The position numbers and the translations under genes are program-made. A stretch of DNA of 64,000 nt. Origin: Epiperipatus broadwayi (lineage: Eukaryota; Animalia; Onychophora). The stretch is from contig JAQFVV010000002.1 of NCBI GenBank assembly GCA_028023455.1, positions 14,198,001-14,262,000 of the forward strand, given 5' to 3'. Positions 39,701-49,423 of the stretch are shown here, one piece after another (position 1 is the stretch's first letter; the number at the start of each line of letters is the position of its first letter). The notes beneath the pieces were generated by a model. That model saw nothing but the letters and a program-made list of their open reading frames with translations. It did no database searches and had not been told where the DNA came from.

Positions 39701-41460
39701 AATTTTTTTCAGTTTGAAATGAATAGGTTTTGTTCGTTCACGACAGCTAATCTCAAGGAAGTTTCTTGTTTAATTTTTCGTTTTGCCATGGTTTGGAAAA
39801 TTTATCTTGTAGTTCCTTTTCTACTTTGTATTTTGTTCAGCATACATATTTTAATCCCCAATGGGACTAATCATTTCCTACTGATCAATGGTGTTATATT
39901 ATTATTTGCAATATATAGATCTAGGGCTTCGTAACTATGATTTGTTGTTACCACGACTTTTATCATTACGATTGTTAATGGGAGTTCTCTTGCTCTTACA
40001 CTTTTAATTTTTGGTTTATATTTTAGTTATGTACTTAACATGACCTAGACCCTCTGAGATGTTACTGGTACACCTGCTATCCACTATATTTCCGATTTGA
40101 CTGATTTTCCATGTATTTTTACTATTATCAGTCTCTGTCTTGTGAATTTCAATTAACTGTTCAGGTTTTCTCATTTTCTATGTCTTTAATTAATTTTAGT
40201 TTGGCAGATTTTTTGCTAGGTTTCGCATCTTTCCACAATTTTTACATCTCATATTCTTCCTGCTGTGTTTTCTTCTTGCTGCTGTGTTTTCATGCAAGAT
40301 GACTAGCTTTTCCACAGAGAAAACATTCCCAATTTGTGTTTTCATTTTTTTTTTTCTCATTTTAAGAATTGATGTTCGATTTGATCTACATGGATTTGAT
40401 TTTTAGAAATTCTTTTGCATTATTTATTATTAACTCATGAGTAATTCCTCTTTTGATTACTTCTGCATAAGTTAACTCAGGAATGTCCAACAGCTGCTAA
40501 CGGAGCCTGTAGTCATTCACCCCCCCCCAAAGGAATTGGTCCAATAAGACCATATAAATCGCACGCAGTTTCTAGAAAAATCAATCTTTTAATGCCATAT
40601 CATAAGCTCTATAACCTTCACCCTTCACTTGGCATCTATTACGTAAATGAAGCCTTGATGATTCGGGACTAAAATGGTTGTTTAGTCGCTCAATAGCTTC
40701 AGCATAAGTTAAACTTTCCGGGTCATCAGGTTCACATAATTGGTTTGTGGTCTCAATCGATCGTTGAATCCCTGAACAGCAAGTGCAATGATTTTAGTGA
40801 CATCGTCTTTCACCTTATTGACTGTGAAATATTTATATAACCTAGTTGCATAAATGAGCTACTCTGAGAGATAGCTACCATCAAATTTTCCTATACCTGA
40901 GTTGCTACCATATTCATTATCAATTTTTCTTTAGTGCCTATTACTAGATTTCTGCTCCATGCTTTTGTGCCTCAAAATTCTTTAGGTATGTGTTGTTGTT
41001 TTTTTAATTGCCAAGCTGCCTTTTATCTAATTCACTATCTGACTAAGCCCAACTGGCTCCCTCCCCCTCCCAATTTTTGTCCAACTGCTGGCTGTTTCCA
41101 ATTCACTGTCTAACTGAGCCAAGATGGCTTTTTTTTTCTCAATTGCCTGTCCAACTGCACCAAGTTGTACTATGTATCAATTAACGAGCACAATAAAAAT
41201 GAAGTACATGTGCATGTTTTAGTTACTTCTTATTTAATAATAGTAACACGAATTTAAAGCCCAGTGTGGCCTCTTTAATACCTACATCCTTTTCACCTTC
41301 ATCAGGGATTTATTGGGTTAAGATTGCAGGGTTGAAGTCCATTATAATTCTGGATACATATTTACAGCAAGACGCCTAACGAAGACTAATTTGCTAACAG
41401 ATATTTGTAGAACACACTTCTATTCAATTATTGTTAGTTATTAATTGCCTTTACAATTCA
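36735..41460 (-). mobile_element. Ty3/Gypsy LTR retrotransposon, near full length, decayed
   Basis: Diverged LTRs at ~36735-37110 and ~41166-41460. PBS-like TGGTGCAGTTGG on the minus strand at ~41150-41162. Gag DPESLTYAEAIERLNNHFSPE and CFLCGKASHLA; RT FAKLDLNAAFHQ; RNase H YNQLDQEVLAIIAALRKFH...SDHRP; integrase GHPDVGRV, in RT-RH-IN order. Confidence 0.9.
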
Positions 41461-42419
41461 TTTTACTATATAATAATATGCATATTTAAATATGTGTGTG
41501 TATATATATCTAAGTTCATGTATATACTGTATATGAACTGTGACCAAAAAAATGTAGAATGGAATTTTTTTTTTTAATTTTGGTTATGGAAATTTTATAT
41601 GTGGGTTGGAGGGTACTGTCCTCATGGATTATTATAGCTATCTCAGCATTTGTTATTGTGAAGTCAGTATAAAATTTGTTGTCATCAGATTCTATGGTAT
41701 ATCTATTCTTTTGATTTTTTCTCTCATTCACATCTAGGCTATATCCCATCTATTATGAAAAATTTTATGAGTGATTATAAAACATGAATTAATATTTGCA
41801 AAAAGTATAAAAGATTTTGGTCCATAAATATTTCCTTTTTTTTTTCATTCCTAGTAGTTATTTGGTATTTCAATAATGCATTTATTACTGAAATAAAGAA
41901 ATTTGTTGCAATTAAGAAAGAGACAATACTTGATTTCTTTAACAAAATTATTACAACTATGCTAAAGTTTAAAAAGCAGTGAAAACAAGCCAATTTAGTA
42001 GAGAGTTAATAATCAAGATAAGATGTGTAATTAAATTCAAAGTTTGTTTTCAAGTTAAAAATTTGATTTTTTATTATCTAATTGAATACATTAAATTAAC
42101 ATCTCTCAATGTATAGGTTATTATTGAAATAAACCTCTGTCCTTCAGGCTATGAACAAGTAATATCAAAAATAGAATGGGATCCATTCTATTCTTGGCTT
42201 TTGTCAATAGAATGTTCTTTATTCATAGCCTTAGAGGAAGAATGATTTACTCAATGTAATTATTAAAAAAACATAATAATTAAAAAAGGCATAATGAATG
42301 GTTTTTATATGGTATTGTTAAATAACTGGAAATCATTATATGGCAGCAAATGTATTATTTAATAGAAAAATATATATTTTGGCAACTTTCTTTACTTTTC
42401 ACAGAATATATACTGTGAA

Positions 42420-43750
42420 CATTTCATTTTCATCCATTATCTATTCATTGTAGGATGAAGGTCTCCAAGTTTAATCCAGTTTCTCCAACCTCTAGCCTTC
42501 TCCAGGTCATGTCTGCATACTTCTTTATTTTAGTCACTCATTTCACATCAGGTCTTTTTCTAGGTAAATTTGCAGTTTCATTTAATATTCCAACTGACTA
42601 TCTACTATTATCTCTTTTAGCAATATGTCCAGTCTATCCACTTCAATTTCTTAATTTTTTCAGTAACGTCAGTAACACCTGATGTTCTCATTCATATATT
42701 TCATTTTTGATATGTTCTTGTTATTCCTAATATACATCTCTCCCTACTTTATTGAGTGGTCTGAAATGGCTATTGCTCTGCTTTTACATACATAAGTAAG
42801 AACTGATAAAACTTTTATTAAAAACTTTTTCAAATATATAGACATATTTCCTTTTAATACTAAGTTATTTCTACCAAAAAGCACTCTGCAATTTCAATTC
42901 TAAAACAAATTTTATATATTATGTTTTTATTTGTATAAATCTGACCAATAATTTTTTTTTTTTTTTTTTTGAGAAAATTCATTGAACATTACTTTAAACT
43001 TTTTAACATTTATCTTTAGTTCTATTTTCATACTATTGCAATATTTCTTGAAACTCTGAAGCATTATTTGCAAGAACGATCACATCAGCTATCACATCTA
43101 AATTACTTACATAGTCTCCATTTAATCCCTTTCAATTGTAATCCATTAAATACTTCTTGAAAATTGCTGTAAAAAGTTTTGGGAGACATAGAGTCACCCT
43201 GTTGTATATAAACCATAGTTCACTGTAGGCAAGTAATTATCTTGATAAAAGTTTTGTATAAAATTGATAAAAAAAAAAACAACTAATAAGCCTGTAATTT
43301 CTCATATCTTCTTTATCACTGTTTTTATTACATCTTAATATTAGTCCTACATTCATCTAATCATCTGGTACCTCTTTATCTTCTAGACATTTTCTATATA
43401 ACTTTGGATAACAATTTTTTTATTATTTCTTTACTTACTTTTTTAAAGATATCCATTATAATTTCATTGTTACTTGGAGGTTCTCTTTTTTCATAAATTT
43501 AATTGCATGCCTCATTTTTTCATTTAAAATCTTGAGCAATTCAAACTTAGAAATTGTAGGGTTTTTTGTTAATATATAATTTTTTTAGAACTTTCCCCTT
43601 GTTTCATGATATCGTCTCTTTTTTTAGTAATAATTCTGTCTTATTATTGCACAAATAAGTTTCCTACTAATACCAATATGTTATTTTACACTCCTGATAC
43701 TTTACAGAACATATATAATGGTCTCTAAATTTTGTTTCTTGAATAACAAC
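42420..43750 (-). mobile_element. RTE-clade LINE, 5'-truncated RT/3' region
   Basis: Minus strand QQGDSMSPKLF, NGDYVSNL..IADVIVLAN..EFQEIL (degenerate FADD region) and a 3' terminal W-containing RTE-like tail. Confidence 0.75.
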
Positions 43751-43837
43751 CCTCCATCCTCTTTCCTATATAATTATTATATATACATTATATAGCAATG
43801 AAAAACAAAATACATAATAATATGTACTTACAATTAT

Positions 43838-44203
43838 GGTTGTTAAAGAGCCAAAGACATCAAAATGTATGGGTGCTGAACTGAGTTCAGACCCATATGA
43901 CTATATAAGCTATTGAGCTTAGATTGAAAATATTTTTTGTGTTTTCAATTTCATGCTCATAGTTTTGTAGTTAAGTAGAGATAAAAGGTGGTTGCTAGAG
44001 GGTTGCATTAGACCCTAAGATCTAGATGCAGTGCTCTCAGATCCAAACTCCTCACTGACGAAGGCCACAAGCCAGAAACTAGTCTGGGGATATTGGATGA
44101 GTAGGCATTAGATAGGGATTTTATGCACAAGCCTTCTGGCATCCATTGATTACTCTGTTTAGCACAGATGGCACTACTATATGGAGTTTTGCTTTGCTTT
44201 GTT
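43838..44203 (+). mobile_element. ~366-bp hammerhead-bearing unit (solo Penelope pLTR or retrozyme-like monomer)
   Basis: Flanked by TACTTA(C/T)AATTAT (43825-43837, 44204-44216; 1 mismatch); GC-richer than flanks; internal hairpins; contains the hammerhead. Confidence 0.55.
44041..44098 (+). ncRNA. Candidate minimal type I hammerhead ribozyme
   Basis: Stem I TCCTCA/TGGGGA extended by ATCCAA/TTGGAT; core CTGACGA (44055-44061); stem II GGC-cacaa-GCC; GAAA (44075-44078); palindromic stem III ACTAGT; GTC cleavage triplet ending 44084. An A-A mismatch sits at the base of stem II. Confidence 0.75.
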
Positions 44204-44294
44204 TACTTATAATTATATTGACAAAGTCAAGATATTTTTTGTCTATAGTGTACATTATTATTTTTTATTAATATAAATGTGTATAAAAATATAC

Positions 44295-45458
44295 GTTTGT
44301 CGTAGAATAGCTGCTATATCCCACTCGATGGCGCAGTTATCACGCTAAAACTATAAAATATGATCATTCACAGGCCGTTAATTATAATCATTTTGATATG
44401 TTTTTTTGTAATGCGAAAATAAAAAGAAAAGAAAATCGTCTTTTTTAAATATTATTTAATTTTAAATATTATTTTTTATTAACATATATATAAATTAAAT
44501 GATAATAATAAATGTAAAATAAAATAAACAAATTACAATTTGATTCGTCTTTTTTAGTTTTCTTTTTATTAGAAAAATCAATTTTCTATCGGAGATTTTT
44601 TTACTGGGGTTACGGCTTTTTTTTTTTGTTGTTTACCGCTAGTTTTTATTTCAAATAGAATGATAACTAAAAGTAAAACTTGTTACGCTTACGTTTAGGG
44701 TTAGCTTTAGGATTAGTTTTAGGGTTAAAATAAAAAATATCAAAAATCGTATTTTTGTAAATATTTTTTTTTACTAACATCTATAAAATAAATGATAACA
44801 ATAAACGTAAACTATATTCAACAAAGAATAACAGTAGTCGGAGAAAAGAAAGAAACTAAAACTTTTTTAAACAACGACAAATATATATATATAAAATGTT
44901 TATAATATATGCTTTTTATGACATTTAAAAAAACAGTGTACAATTGTACTTTTCTTACTGGATATTTTTGTGTTAACGCTCTTTTTTATTTCAAAAATAT
45001 ACACACGGTACAATCTTAAAATGTCTCTTGGAATGTTACGAACAGTACGTTACTTGACTCGTTACCTAATTCCAAATAACTTTATACATATATCTCGTCA
45101 ACATTTACTACTTAAAACTTCAATACACTACGGTGTAAAAAGTCTGTTAATTATTACTTTACAAAATCTGAACATTTCAATACTTTAAAATATAAAAAAA
45201 TCCAATGAAAACAACATTTCCATCCAATTCAAAAAAACACACCCTCTCCCCAAGCTGTTCAGAAAATGTATTTGCTGCGTAAAACATACATGCTGTACTG
45301 CGACGTGACATAGCGGCCTGCAATCTGTAGCACAACAAAAAAGTTGTATTATAGAAAATGCAGGTTCGAAGGTGTCTGCCGCGGAAAAGGCATTTTTATG
45401 TGTTTTAGCGCTAAAACAGCGCCATCCAATGGGATATAGCTGCTCATCAACGACAACC
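44295..45458. mobile_element. Non-autonomous DNA transposon, ~55-bp TIRs, 8-bp TSD
   Basis: G(T/G)TTGTCGT...GCTATATCCCA...GATGGCGC...CGCTAAAAC at both ends; perfect TSD AAATATAC; superfamily unassigned. Confidence 0.8.
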
Positions 45459-45535
45459 AAATATACATATTTATAACTGTTGCTATACATATGCAAAATA
45501 TAAATACACATATAAAATATACCAATCTGTTGTAT

Positions 45536-45932
45536 AATCTATAATATTAATAAGCCAATAAGCTGATATACACATGCGCTTTGCAGATGTCACTATATAA
45601 ATGAATACTCCCACTTTTTCAAACCCAAGATAAAGTCTTTAAGAAAATATAGAATGAATCCACCTATATTTTCGACCCAACCGTATATGTATGGGCAAAT
45701 CTGAAATGTTTGAAATAAAGAGCGTGAAGTTATTAATTGATCACTTTAAATATAGGTGGATTCATTCTATATTTTCTTAAAGACTTTATCTTGGGTTTGA
45801 AAAAGTGGGAGTATTCATTTATATAGTGACATCTGCAAAGCGCATGTGTATATCAGCTTTTATTGGCTTATTAATATTATAGATTATAGAACAAAAACAT
45901 CGCGCTATATAAGAAAATAAATGTCTTGTTTA
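45536..45932. mobile_element. Young foldback element: ~140-bp near-identical arms, ~45-nt tail, 13-bp TSD
   Basis: 45533-45671 pairs with 45748-45888 (one indel); CAATCTGTTGTAT at 45523-45535 and 45933-45945. Confidence 0.8.
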
Positions 45933-47012
45933 CAATCTGTTGTATGTATTATTGTAGAAATAAAATACTCTTCACTCATGTGCTATAGAATTGACATTCT
46001 CTCTCCTTTAATGAATATGTTAAAAATATAGATAACCACCTATGCTTAGAGATAATTCTTCAAATAATTCAAGAATTATTGGATGCCAGACTGATTTTTA
46101 AATTGGCAAATTATTTGCACAAGTTCAGTTTATATATCACAGGGAAGAGAAAGTTTCTCATTTTATATGCTCGTACATCATATACTTCCCCTTTTTCTGA
46201 TATTTTTTTTCATTGCTGAATAATGCCTATAATAGATGACCGAGAAAGAGAAAAAAAGAGTTGTATTTCAGAAACCAATATTTACATGTCATTATAGAAT
46301 ACTCTGCAAATATTCACAATGTACATGTTATATTGAGGGGGCAATAAAACATGAAAAGTTTTTTGTTTTTTTTTAAGGTAATATTTGTTAAATAATCTTT
46401 TTTTGGTATTATTTATATGTTCAAGCTATATAAATAAATATATTGTTTTATAACAAATCAAGGATAAAATTTTGCCAAATATAATTTCATACAGGTTTCT
46501 TGAGAATGCACAACTTTTATTGACTATAAGCGTGATAAATTTATTGCCTACAATATATGTTGTCCACTTTTGATTTATTAATGATATAGGCATGCTTTAA
46601 ATAAACCATTTAATAACATTATGCTTATTATCATGTAGTAGTTTGGTAATGTACTGAATTTTTATGTTCATTAATTTATAGTTTTAGTTATAATTATTGA
46701 TTATTTTTCTTCTTGTTATTCATAATTTTTTTTTTTTTTTAGGAGTATACTTAACCTATTAATTTAATATTAGTTTTCATTACCAGTATTATTGGGTTGT
46801 TAGAGGGGGCATTAGTATTTTTATTATAAAATATTAATCCTACATTGCAGTTTTAATATATATATTTGTTTTTTGATTGAAACTGCCAGCTTTTAATGAA
46901 TCTGTTGTTTATGTTTTTTTTTAAAAAATAAATTAATTGTAATAAATAATTATTTAATATTTTCATTATAAAATAGATATTTTTAATTATGCTACTTTTT
47001 TTTTTTTTTTAG

Positions 47013-47571
47013 GTGTGTCACCTGTTTTAAATACAAATGACACAAATGTTAATAATGTATCTACAAATATTACCAATAGGAATATATGGAATTCTAATCT
47101 ACAAATTTCTAAAAGGCCTAATTTAATTAATAATAAAAATAATATACAACATGTAAAACTTACACAAGGAAGTGCAAATAAAGTTAAAGAAAATCTTAAA
47201 AAAGTTCTTCATAAAGAAATTAATGACAAAGAGAAAAGGCCAGATAAGAAATTATCAAAAGAGTGGGAAAATACAAAGTTTTATAATGCAACATCTTCAA
47301 CAAGTGACAAGGGTTCAACCATAGCAACAATAAATTCACCTAGTTCTAATGTATTTCTAACAATAGCTGTTACAACTACCACTAATACCTCAACTACAAG
47401 TAAAGGCAGTTCCAAGTCTGGTAATAGCAGTAGTGGGAAAAGAAAACGAGATCATCTTAATCGCACTTTAAATTTATCTGGAATTGGTGACTTGGAAGGT
47501 TTTGATAATGTTTTACCATCTAAAAATAAAAGTCAGAAAAATTGTATTGATTCCTCCAGAGTTAGTGCATT
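47013..47571 (+). CDS. ANKHD1: Internal coding exon of the mask/ANKHD1 orthologue (Lys/Ser/Thr-rich linker upstream of KH)
   Basis: Poly-T + AG acceptor at 47011-47012; open frame of 186 aa; GTAAGT donor at 47572; phase 2 matches the acceptor at 56784 (TT|G = Leu); NLS-like GKRKR. Assignment rests on phase and position, not on a conserved domain. Confidence 0.7.
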
Positions 47572-47842
47572 GTAAGTTAAGCTTTCAAACTTGTAATAAT
47601 ATATTTTTTACGTTTTTAAAATTTTAATTGCATTTAATATAAATTAACCTTTATTGAGAATTGTTTTTTTTTACATATATAATATTAGAACTTTGTTAAA
47701 AAAATTTTATGTTTTATCTACTATCCTGGAGCCTGCCATTTTGAATTTATAAAATGTGATGTTCTTTTTTTTTTTTGTTAAATTATCATCTAAATAGAAA
47801 TTGATTTTGCTTTTGATTTGATTTTTAATTCTGAGATGAGGA

Positions 47843-47948
47843 GTCAAGCATTGGTGGTTGATAGGTCAGCGACAGCTGCTTTACAAGCAGTTGTCCCGGG
47901 TTAGCGGGTTCGCTTCCCGGCTGATGCTATGACACATGCGGAAAAAAA
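47843..47948 (+). pseudogene. tRNA-Gly-derived retroposon, copy 2
   Basis: GCATTGGTGG...CAGCTGC.TTACAAGCAGTTG.CCCGGGTT..CG.TTCCCGGCTGATGC with a duplicated T-arm segment; A-tail; 16-bp TSD AATTCTGAGATGAGGA (47827-47842, 47949-47964). Confidence 0.85.
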
Positions 47949-48655
47949 AATTCTGAGATGAGGAGGTCATTTTAAATTTTAATCTGCTTAATGTGAATGT
48001 TTAACCAATCATTTAAGATTATTTATTCAATAAAAATATTTCCAAACAATTAGTAAAAGTTTATTATTCTTAAATTTAAAATTATCACTTGAATAGAAGA
48101 AAAAATATTTGAAAAAAATGATTTTTTTATGAAATCAGTATTTTATTACTTTTATGTTAAGAATTTTAGATTGACATAGTAGTTTATTTAGGTGTGAATT
48201 GTGAAGAGTCATAGTGAAAATTACAAAATTTTAATTAGCCATGCTATATTTTTCACATTTTGAATTTAATTTGATTAGACACTAACAAATTGATGCTGAT
48301 TTCTGATTACCAGTTGGAAACAATTTCATTACATTGGTATTTTGTACCATTATTACTTAAATTAGTTCAATGAAGAATGGCCATGTTTATGCTAATTTCA
48401 AAAAAAGCAATTAAAGCTATTTGTATAGTATTATGTTTATTCCTAAGAAGTTTTTGTATATGCTAGTTTATCAGCTGTTACTTAGAAGTAAATTTGGCCA
48501 TTTAATTCCAGTAGCAGAAAAAGAAACAAGGAATAAAAAAGTTAAATAATTTAATTTTAAGATAATTATGTAAACTAATTCCTGAAACATAAATAAGTCC
48601 ACATATATACTGTTTTTTTTATGTTTAATTAATATCAAGTTATAACTTATTTTAA

Positions 48656-49423
48656 GATGTGATATTTCCATCATTTATGAGTGAATGTTAAATGTATCCG
48701 AAAATTTTAAACTTTATTTAAACTTTCCAAATACATCAACTTGTTAGTAATAGCACGCAAATAGACAATACAGGTTAGTAATTACACGTTTTGAGTAGTA
48801 TTATTCTCCACTCTTCTTTAGGTGTTGCTGGCCTATATGCACAGTGACAATATTCGCTTAGAAGTTGAACTCGCACCTTTAGATTCTTGAATATTGAATT
48901 TTTAAGGCAAACGCTCTACCAACTGAGCTATTCTGTCAAAGGCAACATATAGTAGAAATTTGATATATTTATATATGAGGGTTGGTTCAAATCCTCCTGA
49001 GTCCTCCAATTTTTTTTTTTTTTTTTTGAGGACTCTGGGAGGATTTGAACCAACTCATATACAAATATATCAAATTTCTACTATATGCTGCCTTTGAGAG
49101 AATAGCTCAGTTGGTAGAGTGTTTGCCTTAAAAATTCAATATTCAAAAATCTAAAGATGCGAGTTCAACTTCTAAGCGAATATTGTTACTGTGCATATAG
49201 GCCAGCAACACCTGAAGAAGAGTGGAGAATACTACTACTCAAAACTTTGTGTAATTACTAACCTGTATTGTCTATTTGTGTGTTATAAACAAGTTGATGT
49301 ATTTGGAAAGTTTAAATAAAGTTTAAAATTTTCGATACATTTAACATTCACTCATAAATGATGGAAATAGTCCAACATATCACATCTTATAATATACCAT
49401 CATTACAAACCTTCAGACATATG
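48656..49423. mobile_element. Foldback element: each arm has a tRNA-Phe-like head and a hammerhead-like tail; 11-bp TSD
   Basis: ~48653-49010 pairs with ~49028-49389. tRNA-like 49096-49178 (ATAGCTCAGTTGGTAGAG...ATCTAAAG(G/A)TGCGAGTTCAA). CTGAAGAAGAGT...ACTCAAAAC at 49212-49245. ACTTATTTTAA at 48645-48655 and 49424-49434. Confidence 0.78.

Noticed and set aside
41285-41310. Minus-strand CTGATGAAGGTGAAAA in the Gypsy LTR as a hammerhead
   Set aside because: Only 4 nt between core halves, and not conserved in the other LTR.
39055-42682. Plus-strand ORFs (39055, 39683, 40111, 42455) and similar hydrophobic short ORFs as genes
   Set aside because: They are antisense shadows of Gypsy/LINE coding sequence or products of AT-rich composition; the same applies to 62560 and 62948.
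44697-44728. Interstitial telomere or chromosome fusion site
   Set aside because: Only a few degenerate units, located inside a TSD-flanked TIR element.
47848-47927. Functional tRNA-Val(TAC)
   Set aside because: Body is tRNA-Gly(TCC)-like with a mutated anticodon, duplicated T-arm segment, A-tail and TSD, so it is a retropseudogene.
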